A DNA stretch of 64,000 nt from Halobacteriovoraceae bacterium (lineage in GTDB: Bacteria; Bdellovibrionota; Bacteriovoracia; Bacteriovoracales; Bacteriovoracaceae), in NCBI GenBank assembly GCA_963719505.1, contig CAVRCF010000001.1:704001-768000 (forward strand), in the 5' to 3' direction. Position 1 is the stretch's first letter. Each line of letters starts with the position of its first letter. Of the stretch, positions 48,427 through 58,371 are shown one piece after another. The notes under the pieces were generated by a model. It saw only the letters and a program-made list of their open reading frames with translations. It made no database searches and was not told the origin of the DNA. The position numbers were made by a program, and so were the translations under genes.

Positions 48427-49353
48427 GTGACGAAAACACAGAAGTCTAAAGAAATTCAATACTTTAACCGCTCAATAAATAAAGTTGAGACTGAAAAAGT
48501 CTACGGTGACTACTTTGTGAAGCTTCTGTATGAATCAAACTCGGGAAGACTTCTTGCTCCTATCTTTGCCAGTAAGTTTTTAAGTAAAGTGTATGGAACC
48601 CTCCAAAATACCATGCTTACTCAAGTGAAGGTTCCAAAATTTGTCGATAATTTCAGTATTGACCTCTCTGAGTACAAAAAAGGGTCTGTTGAAGTTGATG
48701 ACCAAAAATTAACCTACAAAAATTTTAACGAATTTTTTATAAGAGAATTTAAAAGTGGAAAAAGAACTTTTGTTCAGGATCCTCTACAACTGGCAGCTCC
48801 TTGTGAAGCTCGCTACTTTGGTTATGAAGCGATAGATGAAAATGTAGCGATACCTGTAAAGGGAAAGTTTCTTCGGGCTGATGCTCTTTTAGGTGATATT
48901 GAAAAGGCTGCTCCTTTTATTGGTGGGCCACTTGTCATTGCCAGGCTTTGTCCGGTTGATTATCATCGCTACCACTATCCAGATAGTGGTAAAACAATTG
49001 AAGCTTATCCTATTCACGGAGATTTTCATTCCGTAAATCCCATTGCCTTGAAAAATAAGCCCGATATTTTTATTGAAAATGAAAGACGGGTCGCAATTCT
49101 TGAGACGAATAACTTTGGAAAAATTGCTTATATTGAAGTCGGTGCGGCGATGGTTGGAAAAATTGTCCAATCCCACAATGAAAAAAAATCCTTTCGTCGG
49201 GGGCAAGAAAAAGGGTATTTTCTCTTTGGAGGCTCTACAGTTATTATCCTTGGTGAAAAAGGAAGATGGGCTCCATCTAAAGATATGATTGAAAATACCT
49301 TAAAGGGGATGGAGACCTATATTAAATTAGGCGATCAAATAGGGATCGTTTAA
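48427..49353 (+). CDS. psd: Phosphatidylserine decarboxylase proenzyme
   Basis: FNEFFIR, RLCPVDYHRYH, HSVNP, ENER, FGGST self-cleavage motif. Confidence 0.93.
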   Translation: MTKTQKSKEIQYFNRSINKVETEKVYGDYFVKLLYESNSGRLLAPIFASKFLSKVYGTLQNTMLTQVKVPKFVDNFSIDLSEYKKGSVEVDDQKLTYKNFNEFFIREFKSGKRTFVQDPLQLAAPCEARYFGYEAIDENVAIPVKGKFLRADALLGDIEKAAPFIGGPLVIARLCPVDYHRYHYPDSGKTIEAYPIHGDFHSVNPIALKNKPDIFIENERRVAILETNNFGKIAYIEVGAAMVGKIVQSHNEKKSFRRGQEKGYFLFGGSTVIILGEKGRWAPSKDMIENTLKGMETYIKLGDQIGIV

Positions 49354-49815
49354 ATTGTACAAGTCGCCTATGATTTTCCTGTACGACTTTAGTCCCCAAA
49401 AAAATAGAACCTCCTTTGAGGTAGGGCCTTTGTACTTTTGAGCTCCACTGAGAAAATCTTCTAAATTTCTTATCATTGCTTCAAAAATTTTATGATCCTT
49501 CTCGTTTAAATAAACCTTATTAAAGTTAAACTCGCCGTCGGTTTTTTTTATCATTGCGTTCTTTATACTATCTTTGACGATTTGATTTAGTTCAAGCGCC
49601 CTTTGCTCTGGTGGTCTTTTTTCTAAGATCTTAAGATTTTGGGTTTGCAGATGAAAGTGATTTTTCTTTTTTAGTATGAGCTGTTTCTCGATAAGCTTTT
49701 GCAGTGTCTTCTCTATAATCTTTGGACATAAAGAAGTATCAAAATGCAACTGACTCAAAGTCTTATTCTCTTTAACGATAGATTCTAAAATATATCTTTC
49801 CAGTGCTGAAATCAT
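49327..49815 (-). CDS. Hypothetical protein with N-terminal winged-helix-like region
   Basis: ILESI...TLSQLHFDTSLCPKIIEKTLQKLIEKQLI. Confidence 0.55.
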   Translation of the reverse strand: MISALERYILESIVKENKTLSQLHFDTSLCPKIIEKTLQKLIEKQLILKKKNHFHLQTQNLKILEKRPPEQRALELNQIVKDSIKNAMIKKTDGEFNFNKVYLNEKDHKIFEAMIRNLEDFLSGAQKYKGPTSKEVLFFWGLKSYRKIIGDLYNLNDPYLIA

Positions 49816-50120
49816 AGAAATGCCCCTTTAATCTCAAGTTTATAGTTGATCTCATTGAGAAGTTCACTCAGTTCGTCAAAGGAGAAAGATCGCTCGCATT
49901 TTCTCATTATGGCCCGTAGATCGAAAAGAGATGGCTTTTCATCTTTGTGAGCGAGAGCTCCTTCAAGCGCCTCATATTCAGAGAGCTTCATTTCAGCTCC
50001 ATTGAAAATGCGAAAGATCCTCGTTTGCTGAATATTCGTTTTTAGGGAAATCATCTTGTAGGTGTCTTTTGGAAAATTTTCTTTGTAATTTTTAATAAGG
50101 TTTAATTGTAGTTGGTTCAT
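49812..50120 (-). CDS. Small hypothetical protein, XRE-like HTH
   Basis: TYKMISLKTNIQQTRIFRIFNGAEMKLSEYE; AAGGAG RBS. Confidence 0.6.
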   Translation of the reverse strand: MNQLQLNLIKNYKENFPKDTYKMISLKTNIQQTRIFRIFNGAEMKLSEYEALEGALAHKDEKPSLFDLRAIMRKCERSFSFDELSELLNEINYKLEIKGAFL

Positions 50121-50147
50121 CTTGCTCTCCTTGGTTAATTACAGAAG

Positions 50148-50163
50148 AGCAAGACTTGTGCCA
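50148..50163 (-). promoter_or_regulatory. sigma54 promoter
   Basis: TGGCAC-AAGTC-TTGCT, perfect -24/-12, in the 47-bp gap before ORF 50120. Confidence 0.85.
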
Positions 50164-50167
50164 AAAA

Positions 50168-51505
50168 TTATTGAGCTTTTATATCATCAAAAATGCGATA
50201 AAAAGCTGATGACGAAATTTTTAGATCCCTGATGGCATGTGTGACTTTACCACTATGCTTCTCTAAAACTTCTTTAATGATTTCTTTTTCAATCTTTTTT
50301 ATAAATCCCTTAAGACCATTTTGTTCCAAATAAGAGCGGTGAGAATGACTTATCCAAGCTCTTTCATCATTTGAAGAATTCTTTTTGAGAGACATAATAT
50401 CTTCAGCTTTTACAACACCACACTCTTGAGTCGAGAGGACTTCGATCATTTTTTTAAGCTCTCGAACATTTCCTTCCCATTTTAGATTCTGGAGGTAGGA
50501 TTTTGCACAGTCTTTAAGGACGATTCTTCTTTCCGACTTACTTTGAAAGTGTTTGATCAGCATAGGAATATCTTTTGGGCGTGAGCGCAAAGATGATATT
50601 TCTATGTTAATTCCATTGATTCTAAAAAACAGATCTTTTCTAAATTCACCAGAAGAAACCTTTTCAAAAAGATCTTCACAGGTTGCTGTAATTAAGGTGA
50701 ACGAAGAGCTGACAGGCTTGTCTGAGCCAACCGGATAAAAGGTCTTCTCATCGAGTGCTTTTAAAAGCTTCTCTTGCATCCCCATAGACATAGTAGCGAT
50801 TTCATCCAGAAAGAGAGTTCCACCGTCGCAAGCTTGAAGCTTTCCGATTCTGTCTTCTGTCGCTCCTGTGAAAGATCCCTTTTTCGCTCCAAAGAGTTCA
50901 GATTCAATAAGATTCTCTGAAATCGCAGAACAATTGAGATGGATAAAGGGCTTATCATCTTCGAAGTTTAAAGAGTGAATGAGCTTTCCAATATAGGTTT
51001 TTCCCACACCCGTCTCACCTGAGATAAAAAGTGTTTTATCTTTTAGAGACATATTAGATATTTTTTTGATCTGCTGGATAAGAGTCTCATCTTGAGTAAT
51101 AAACTCTTTATCAAAGAAGTTCCCTAGGGCATTTTTTTTATTCTTTTTAATAAAATTTGTAATATAGGGAGAGAGATTTTTGGCATAGTGAAGTTTGGTT
51201 AAAAAGTGCTGACATCCTTGTTCATAGGCCAATTCAGTTGTTTCGTCATTATCATATGAGCTGAGAATAATACTGTGAATTCCTTTGGCTTTTGCGGCTT
51301 TTAACACACAAAGGCCGGATTCATTTCTTTCCATTTGCATATCAATAAGGGCCAAATCATAGTGATTTGTCTCAAGGAGAGCAAGGGCCTCCTTTTCAGT
51401 GGCAGCCTCAGTGATCATACCAAATTTTGAAATAACATGACTGACACCAAGCCTGAAATATTGGTCATCGTCTACTAGGAGTATATTAAGATTTGCTTTT
51501 TTCAT
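50168..51505 (-). CDS. sigma54-dependent response regulator (NtrC family: receiver, AAA+, HTH)
   Basis: LLVDDD, LIDMQM; GETGVGKT; ESELFG..KGSFTGA; LFLDEI; FRKDLFFRI; WEGNVREL. Confidence 0.95.
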   Translation of the reverse strand: MKKANLNILLVDDDQYFRLGVSHVISKFGMITEAATEKEALALLETNHYDLALIDMQMERNESGLCVLKAAKAKGIHSIILSSYDNDETTELAYEQGCQHFLTKLHYAKNLSPYITNFIKKNKKNALGNFFDKEFITQDETLIQQIKKISNMSLKDKTLFISGETGVGKTYIGKLIHSLNFEDDKPFIHLNCSAISENLIESELFGAKKGSFTGATEDRIGKLQACDGGTLFLDEIATMSMGMQEKLLKALDEKTFYPVGSDKPVSSSFTLITATCEDLFEKVSSGEFRKDLFFRINGINIEISSLRSRPKDIPMLIKHFQSKSERRIVLKDCAKSYLQNLKWEGNVRELKKMIEVLSTQECGVVKAEDIMSLKKNSSNDERAWISHSHRSYLEQNGLKGFIKKIEKEIIKEVLEKHSGKVTHAIRDLKISSSAFYRIFDDIKAQ

Positions 51506-51574
51506 GGATTCTTTATAAGGGAAAACCTTCCATTTCCAATATATTTATTCCAGAATCGAAATATTTACAGGATT

Positions 51575-52594
51575 CTACCCGTTGTTTTGGTGCTTTTTCA
51601 CTTTTTCAAGCAGTTGCTTCACTTTTTGAGAGTTTCCACGTCTTCCAATCATTATGGCGTCTTCGGTGTCTACTATAATGAGGTCTTCAACATCAAAGGT
51701 TGTAATGAGCTTTTTATGACTCACGATCAGATTGTTTTTGCTATCTAAGTTGATAGAGCGAGAGTCTTTGGTATTTCCATCGGAATCAATTTCAAGCTCT
51801 CCGTAAAGAGCGTCGAAAGAGCCAAGGTCTGACCAATAGAAAAATGAGGGCACTACGCTGACGTTGTCACTTTTTTCCATAACGGCATAGTCTATACTGT
51901 TTGAGGGGATCTTCTCCATCAGCTCTTTATTAAAGAGGGTTAAGTTCTCTGTCGGTTTAGACCCTTCAAAAGTTGCTTTCGCCGCTTGATAAATGTCTGG
52001 AGAATAGCGTTTTAATTCATTGAGAAAAACAGCGGCTTTAAAACAAAACATCCCACTATTCCAAAAAAAGTTTCCACTTTTTATATACTCACAAGCGGTT
52101 TCGTAATCAGGTTTTTCTTTAAACGATTTAACATGGTTTCCATCAGCTTCGATATAGCCAAATCCCGTTTCAGGATATTGGGCCCGAATTCCAAAGGTGA
52201 CAAGCTTATTTTCTTTTGCCAAGTTCACGGCTTCAGTCACAGACTGTTGGTAGAGATTTTCATCTTTAATAAGGTGATCGCTTGGAAGAATAAGGAGAAT
52301 CTCTTCACTGTCGGCACTGAAAGCGGCAAGAGCTATAGCGGCAGCTGTATTTCTTGCAACAGATTCAATGAGAATATCGGTTTTAAGTTCTTTATCTAGT
52401 TGTTCTTTACAAAGTGGTAACTGAGTTTCGTTAACAACAACACAAAGGGATGTGGACAAGGTCTTATTTCTTTTTATCGTTTTTTCAAAAAGGGATTCCC
52501 CTTCAAAAATTTTTGCGAATTGTTTTGGTGATTCTTGCTTTGAGATGGGCCATAAACGCGTTCCAGCTCCTCCACAAAGTATAACAGTTTTCAT
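51575..52594 (-). CDS. manC: Mannose-1-phosphate guanylyltransferase (no C-terminal isomerase cupin)
   Basis: ILCGGAGTRLWPIS, PKQF, LPSDH, ETGFGYI, FKEKP, WNSGMF, SIDYAVME, WSDLGS. Confidence 0.93.
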   Translation of the reverse strand: MKTVILCGGAGTRLWPISKQESPKQFAKIFEGESLFEKTIKRNKTLSTSLCVVVNETQLPLCKEQLDKELKTDILIESVARNTAAAIALAAFSADSEEILLILPSDHLIKDENLYQQSVTEAVNLAKENKLVTFGIRAQYPETGFGYIEADGNHVKSFKEKPDYETACEYIKSGNFFWNSGMFCFKAAVFLNELKRYSPDIYQAAKATFEGSKPTENLTLFNKELMEKIPSNSIDYAVMEKSDNVSVVPSFFYWSDLGSFDALYGELEIDSDGNTKDSRSINLDSKNNLIVSHKKLITTFDVEDLIIVDTEDAIMIGRRGNSQKVKQLLEKVKKHQNNG

Positions 52595-52602
52595 AAAATT
52601 CC

Positions 52603-53994
52603 TTAGTTGTTTAAAGCATAGGATGCTATCGCGAAATAGATGAGTAAACCAGTAATATCAACTGTGGTCGTGATGGCGGGACTAGCCGCAACAGCTGGAT
52701 CTCCTCCAAGCCTTCGCACCAAAAGCGGAAGACCTGCGCCCACGAGTGCCGATGTCATGACCTGCATGGCAATTGCCAGAGAAATAATAAAACCAACAAA
52801 TTGAAAAGTCATATTAGGGGGTAGCAAAGAGATTGATGAGAGAAAAGCGATCTTAATAAAGACTAAGCCTCCGACGCAAACGCTGAGCATGGCAGATATT
52901 CTAGCTTCTTTCCAAATAATTTTTAACCACTGGGTATCAGAGACCTGATCTAGCGCGATCGCTCTAATAACCACGGTCGCAGCCTGACTTCCGGTGTTTC
53001 CACCAGTTGCGGTCATCATAGGCATATACAGCGCCAAAATAATCATCTGTTCAATAACATGTTGATACTGATGAACAATGACCCCGGAGATAAGTCCAAC
53101 GGCCGCAAGACCCACTAGCCACAGAACTCTTTTTTTGAAATGTTCAAATGCACTCGTTTCAAGATAAGTTAAATCATCCACAGAGGGGACGATCCCCATG
53201 AATTTCTCCATATCCTCTGTGTGCTCGGCGCGAATGACATCGATTGCTTCTTCATGACTGACAATTCCCACAAGTTGCTTGAGAGAGTTTAAGACTGGGA
53301 TGGCGACAATGTCATGTTTTTCAATTTTGTTGGCAACGATTTCTCTATCTTCGTTAACATCTGAATAGACAAAGTTCTCATTACAAAGTTCTCTCACAAT
53401 ATCTTTGGGATCAGACATAATGAGATCTTTAATTGTGATAATTCCCAGCATCTCCATGTCATCGTTGACAACATAAACATAGTAGATCATCTTCTGCGAA
53501 GGAGCGTCGTGGCGAATTTTGGCCAAAGCTTGTTGGCAGGTCATATGAATGAGAATTGTTGCAAAATCGGTGCTCATAATTCCACCCGCAGTCTCCGGCG
53601 GGTAAGCACTTAGGACGATAACATCCTCACGAGTTTTTTTATTTAGAAAAGGTAAAATAGCAATCTGTTCTTCTTTTGAAAATTCTTGGAAAAGATCGGC
53701 TCGGGAATCAGAGTACATATTTGTAAATAAATCTGAGAATGTTTTCTTATCTATAATCTTTGAAATTTCGTGTTGTTTCTCTATGGATAAATAAGAGAAA
53801 ACTCTTCCCGAATCCTCAAGGTCAATAAGTTTCAAAAAATGAACAATATCGGTATCTGATTTTTCTGTGAGAAAGTCGACAACGTTTGCCGTTGGGAATT
53901 CCCCCAGGGCTGACCTGAGTTCTTCAATATTATTCTCATTTACCAAACGTTCAAGCTCTTCAAGCTTTACTTGGACTTCATCATCTTCAACCAT
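52603..53994 (-). CDS. mgtE: Magnesium transporter MgtE
   Basis: MgtE N-domain, ETAGGIM, CBS pair, GGNTGSQ, DPAVAASP, TTVD. Confidence 0.96.
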   Translation of the reverse strand: MVEDDEVQVKLEELERLVNENNIEELRSALGEFPTANVVDFLTEKSDTDIVHFLKLIDLEDSGRVFSYLSIEKQHEISKIIDKKTFSDLFTNMYSDSRADLFQEFSKEEQIAILPFLNKKTREDVIVLSAYPPETAGGIMSTDFATILIHMTCQQALAKIRHDAPSQKMIYYVYVVNDDMEMLGIITIKDLIMSDPKDIVRELCNENFVYSDVNEDREIVANKIEKHDIVAIPVLNSLKQLVGIVSHEEAIDVIRAEHTEDMEKFMGIVPSVDDLTYLETSAFEHFKKRVLWLVGLAAVGLISGVIVHQYQHVIEQMIILALYMPMMTATGGNTGSQAATVVIRAIALDQVSDTQWLKIIWKEARISAMLSVCVGGLVFIKIAFLSSISLLPPNMTFQFVGFIISLAIAMQVMTSALVGAGLPLLVRRLGGDPAVAASPAITTTVDITGLLIYFAIASYALNN

Positions 53995-54013
53995 AATTAA
54001 ACCTTTGAATGAC

Positions 54014-54041
54014 TTATCGGTCCACGAACGGCAAACCTTAA
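54014..54041 (-). promoter_or_regulatory. sigma28-type promoter of mgtE
   Basis: TTAAG-N15-ACCGATAA. Confidence 0.7.
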
Positions 54042-54106
54042 GAAAAAGAAGGGGTTAGCTATTATTCCAAACTGTTTTACTCTACCTTTGAAGAACTAAA
54101 TTTCGC

Positions 54107-54134
54107 TTAAGGTGTTGTAAAAGCTAACCGATAA
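54107..54134 (+). promoter_or_regulatory. sigma28-type promoter of the large repeat protein
   Basis: TTAAG-N15-ACCGATAA. Confidence 0.7.
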
Positions 54135-54169
54135 CAATGAATAGAAAATATAAAGGAACCTTAAATATA

Positions 54170-56944
54170 ATGAATGTGATAAACCTTCTATTCTTTGGAA
54201 TGACGAAGTCCAATCCGTTGGTCAACGAAATTTCCAATTATTATCAAGATCAAGAGCTCTTTGATACGTCTTTTCACGATGATGAACGAAGTATTAATAA
54301 ATTTTTCTCTCATACTCCAAAAGGTATCTTCTTTTTCACTGTAAGTTCAAAAGAAGAGTTACAAGCAGCTGTAAAAGTTTTACGGACTCAAAGAAAAGCT
54401 ATCAAAAAAGGTTTAATTAAACCCACATGTATTCTTGGAAAGAGTAATAGAAAAATTGAACAGATACTCGCGAAATATAATTGTAAGGAAATCCTTCCGG
54501 CAGATATTAGAGCAAAAAGTGCTGTCTATAAAATCGATTTTTGGGCAAAACAAATAACTGGGCAAGCCAAAAGATATCAACCTGAGTCTTCTAAAGAGGC
54601 GATCTCAAAGGTTGAAATCGAAAAAGAGAAAGAGACCAAAACATCGAGTGTTATCTTTGTTGAGCCCATTGAGCAAGAAAGTGATATTTGGATTGTTAAG
54701 CATAAAACAGACGCAAAAAAAATTCTAAGACGATGGCTTTTAAGAGTCATGGGACCTAGTCCTCAGGTTTGTAAATGGGAGGAAGTCGAAAACTCAACGA
54801 ATAAAAGTCAAAAAACATGGAAGCTTCGGTTTACTTCTGATGAGATCATGTTCTATGAAAGTGAAGGTGTGTGGCTCTTTGAAGGGGCCAAGCCGGAGTT
54901 TGATTGGAAGATGAAGCGATGGAATTTCTCTTCTGATGCTCCAAGGCTCTATTTCTTAGAAAAAGACAAAGATGCCGTTATGCGCTTTGAGATCGCTGGA
55001 ACAAACCTTGAGGTTTGTGAAAACTCAAAAAAAGCAATGGCAAAAGAAGCATCAATAATCAAAACTTTTGATACCAGCTATTCATTTGAAAAAAAGAAAG
55101 AAGATGAAGAAGATGAGACCTCAATTGAATCAGATGCAAAAACAGAAGCTGGTAATTTAGAGGGCGACGTCAAAGACAATCGACGCGATAGCTCGCATAT
55201 GCGTGGTGATAGTAAAAATAGTGTTGAATCTGAACACGGTAGTAAAGGGTCTTTCCACGAAGATGATAAAGGTGGACACCTTCAAGGAAAAGTTAAAGAC
55301 AAAGGTCATTCAGATAAAGAAAGAGAAGATAAAGATAATGTTTTAGATGAAGACTCTGAAATCGAAAAAGAGCGTAAAAAGAGTCGAGATGAAGTTTCAG
55401 GTCGTCTTGAGGGTAAGGTTCAAAAGAATGAGGCGCTTGATAAAAAAGAAGCGGCTAAAAAAGATCCAAAGCAAAGTGAAACTCAAAGTGCTGAAAGAAA
55501 GTCTCAGTCTGAAGAGAGCAAAAAAGATCCGGAAGAAAAAAGGAATCCTGTTCTCGAGCAGCTTCTTAATAAAAAAAATGATGTTGAGGCAGTAGACTAT
55601 TCTCCTGAAGCGCAGCTTCGGAAAAAGAAACAAGAAGCACGCCTTAAAGAAGATCAGGCTAAAAAAGAAGAGGCACAAGCGAAGTCTCTAGACGAGAAAA
55701 ATGAACTGAGGAAAAAAGATAAGACCCCTGATGAGAAGGAGAGAGAGAAACCAGACTTCTCATCAACCTCAACTGATAAGAGGGAAGCAGCTGACAGAGA
55801 GCGAGGTGAGTTCGACGATGCACAAGCTGGGAATTTAGGTGGAAAATCTTCCACTGATCAAATTGACAGAAGCCCTTTGGGTTCGAAGTCACAAAAAAGA
55901 GCCCAACAAGAAAAAGAAGAAAGAGAAAGAGGCGAGTTTAAAGAAGGGCCAAAAAATGATCTCGGAGGCAAGGGCTCAACGGATCAAATTGATAGAAGCC
56001 CACTTGGATCAAAGAGCCAAAAACAAGCAGATAAAGAGAAAAAAGAAAGAGAAAGAGGCGAATTTAAAGAAGGGGCAAAAAATGATCTCGGAGGTAAAAG
56101 CTCGACGGATCAAATTGATAGAAGCCCCCTTGGTTCAAAGACTCAAAAACAAAATCAGGATAAGAAAGATCCCCGTAAAAGTAACTTTAAAGAAAACTCT
56201 CAAAATGATCTTGGTGGAAAAGGTTCGACGGATCAAATTGATAGATCTCATTACGATAATAAAAAACAGATCGATCATCGAAAAGAAAATAAAAAGATAG
56301 AAGATAGCGAATCAGATTTACAAAGCTACAAGAAGAAAGAAAAGATTGTTCCCACATACGGAAGAGATGATGCTTTAGATGAACAACTGGGTGAAGCTCA
56401 ATACGGATCAAATAAAGAGAGTTCTTATAACGAGTTTGCAGAAAATCCTAAATATGCCGAGGGAAGTGTTGAGGATGCTCTTGATCCAAAGCTCGACTTT
56501 GGAGTCGATGAGCCTGAGTCTAAAGAGGGCGAGGAAGAAAAATCTGAGCTGGAAAAAATACTCGCGAAACCATCTGAGGTAAGCACCGAAAGCGGAAGGT
56601 TAAAGGTGGCACTAGAGCAGTCAACAAGTGCTGGAAATGCAATTTCTTTTTTGTGTGATTTTGAAGATTTCTATCCCGATGAACTCATGGTTTTGGCACC
56701 GAAGAGTTCACTCAGCGTTGGTGAGATCGTTCGAGCTAAAGTTTCACTAAAGTACAATAGCTCGAAAAAAGAAGTCGTCGTTTTGGGAAAAATTTCAGAA
56801 GTTGAGTCATTTGATGATAGACTAGATCATCTGGTTATTGACCTTGATGATATTAATCAAGAAGATTACGAACAATTTATAAGTTTATATAATGACCGTC
56901 AAAGTCAGATTAACGATTTTATAGAAAGAGCAAAAGGCTTTTAG
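54170..56944 (+). CDS. Large hypothetical protein: globular N-terminus, charged low-complexity repeat region, PilZ-like C-terminal beta domain
   Basis: Start likely ATG 54170 (AAGGAA upstream; ATG 54137 lies 2 nt after the -10 box); C-terminal LSVGEIVRAKVSL...VLGKISEV...LVIDL...YEQFI. Confidence 0.7.
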   Translation: MNVINLLFFGMTKSNPLVNEISNYYQDQELFDTSFHDDERSINKFFSHTPKGIFFFTVSSKEELQAAVKVLRTQRKAIKKGLIKPTCILGKSNRKIEQILAKYNCKEILPADIRAKSAVYKIDFWAKQITGQAKRYQPESSKEAISKVEIEKEKETKTSSVIFVEPIEQESDIWIVKHKTDAKKILRRWLLRVMGPSPQVCKWEEVENSTNKSQKTWKLRFTSDEIMFYESEGVWLFEGAKPEFDWKMKRWNFSSDAPRLYFLEKDKDAVMRFEIAGTNLEVCENSKKAMAKEASIIKTFDTSYSFEKKKEDEEDETSIESDAKTEAGNLEGDVKDNRRDSSHMRGDSKNSVESEHGSKGSFHEDDKGGHLQGKVKDKGHSDKEREDKDNVLDEDSEIEKERKKSRDEVSGRLEGKVQKNEALDKKEAAKKDPKQSETQSAERKSQSEESKKDPEEKRNPVLEQLLNKKNDVEAVDYSPEAQLRKKKQEARLKEDQAKKEEAQAKSLDEKNELRKKDKTPDEKEREKPDFSSTSTDKREAADRERGEFDDAQAGNLGGKSSTDQIDRSPLGSKSQKRAQQEKEERERGEFKEGPKNDLGGKGSTDQIDRSPLGSKSQKQADKEKKERERGEFKEGAKNDLGGKSSTDQIDRSPLGSKTQKQNQDKKDPRKSNFKENSQNDLGGKGSTDQIDRSHYDNKKQIDHRKENKKIEDSESDLQSYKKKEKIVPTYGRDDALDEQLGEAQYGSNKESSYNEFAENPKYAEGSVEDALDPKLDFGVDEPESKEGEEEKSELEKILAKPSEVSTESGRLKVALEQSTSAGNAISFLCDFEDFYPDELMVLAPKSSLSVGEIVRAKVSLKYNSSKKEVVVLGKISEVESFDDRLDHLVIDLDDINQEDYEQFISLYNDRQSQINDFIERAKGF
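55793..56248 (+). repeat. In-frame tandem repeat, about 3.6 copies of a 126/126/123-bp (42/42/41 aa) unit
   Basis: ERGEFKEGxKNDLGGK(S/G)STDQIDRSPLGSK(S/T)QK; copies differ at synonymous sites. Confidence 0.9.
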
Positions 56945-56948
56945 ACAA

Positions 56949-58268
56949 ATGAAAGATGACAAGAAGAAGTCTCTATTCAAAGAGTTTTTAAAGAATAATC
57001 AGATATTGATTGTCGATAAAAGCTCAGCCTCGCGACGCAGGCTCACAAAAACACTCGTGGATATGGGTGCCTCTCGTGCGAATATTGGAAGTGTTGCTCA
57101 CTATGATGAGGCGCTTGAAATAATTAAAGATCAGAACCCCCAATTAATTCTCTCTGATTATATGGTAACAGGTGGGTCTGGATTTGATCTTTTTGCGCAA
57201 AATAAACTTCTGTATCCAACAGATAGAAAATGCACAAGTATTCTCATTACCTCTAATATCTCACAGTCCGCTGTTGCAAAAGCGGCAGAAGAGGATGTTG
57301 ATTCATTTATTATTAAGCCTTACACCGTTCAAAGTTTAGAGAAAAGCTTGATTAATGCTGTTATCTCAAAGCTTCATCCTAGTGCTTATGTTTTGATGGT
57401 GGAAAAAGGAAAAGAGCTTCTTTTCGCAGGCGAATACCAAGAAGCGGCGAAAGTCTTTGACGATGCGATTATCTTAAATAAAAAGCCATCTTTGGCGCAC
57501 TTTTATCATGGGCAGTGCCAGTATTTCCTCAACTTAGAAGATGAAGCTGAGGACGATTATGAGAAAGGTTTGCAGATCAATAATATTCACTTTAAGTGTC
57601 AAGTCGGACTTTATGAACTTTATAAAAAAGAGGGAAAGTTAAAAGAGGCTTATGATGTCGTAAGAAATATCGCCAAATATTTTCCAGCAAACCCTGAGAG
57701 ACTGAAAGAGGTTGTCAGACTTGCCATTAAAACTGAGCATTACGATGATATGGAAGATTATTACAATATCTTTGTTGACCTTGATGAGAGAACTGAAGAT
57801 GTTGTCACCCATATTTGTGCCGGTATGTACGTATACGGAAAGTATAAAAACTCTCAAGGTGATGATGAGAAAATGAAAGAAATTTTTGAAAGAGTGGGGA
57901 TTTCATGTGCTGGGCTGACAAAGTTTTTAAATGCCATGATTGAGACTTTAGTCGAAAATAATATCTTTCACGAAGCCAAAAAGCTTTTAGGTCGATTTGC
58001 TGTTAATGACTCTAATAGGCAGCAATTTGAAATCTGTCAGTTTTTAGCGGATAGTGCATCCATGTCAAATAAAGATCGGATTGCAAAAGGACTTGAGCTT
58101 TTTAATCGGAATAATAAACACCCCATGGCCGTGAGAATTCTCATTAATTCTCTTTATAAGGACGGATCTGAGAAGAAAGCTGAGCAGTACCTCGACGAGG
58201 CTAAACATCTTTGGCCAGAATCTTTTGAAAAATACAAACGTCCAAAGTCTTCTGAAAAAGTCGCCTAA
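56949..58268 (+). CDS. Response regulator receiver fused to TPR repeats
   Basis: ILIVDK, ILSDYM, LITS, IIKPY; TPR-like AHFYHGQCQYFL...AEDDYEKGLQIN. Confidence 0.85.
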   Translation: MKDDKKKSLFKEFLKNNQILIVDKSSASRRRLTKTLVDMGASRANIGSVAHYDEALEIIKDQNPQLILSDYMVTGGSGFDLFAQNKLLYPTDRKCTSILITSNISQSAVAKAAEEDVDSFIIKPYTVQSLEKSLINAVISKLHPSAYVLMVEKGKELLFAGEYQEAAKVFDDAIILNKKPSLAHFYHGQCQYFLNLEDEAEDDYEKGLQINNIHFKCQVGLYELYKKEGKLKEAYDVVRNIAKYFPANPERLKEVVRLAIKTEHYDDMEDYYNIFVDLDERTEDVVTHICAGMYVYGKYKNSQGDDEKMKEIFERVGISCAGLTKFLNAMIETLVENNIFHEAKKLLGRFAVNDSNRQQFEICQFLADSASMSNKDRIAKGLELFNRNNKHPMAVRILINSLYKDGSEKKAEQYLDEAKHLWPESFEKYKRPKSSEKVA

Positions 58269-58371
58269 AACACTCAAGTTACAATAACTATCATTACCAT
58301 CTTTTCGTTTACTGATTCATTTTATTTTGATGCACTATAAGCTTATAAAAATAATCTATTCAAGGACGAGA

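Noticed and set aside
55793-56248. Regularly spaced DNA repeats suggestive of CRISPR
   Set aside because: In-frame 123-126 bp coding repeats with synonymous variation, no unique spacers, no cas genes
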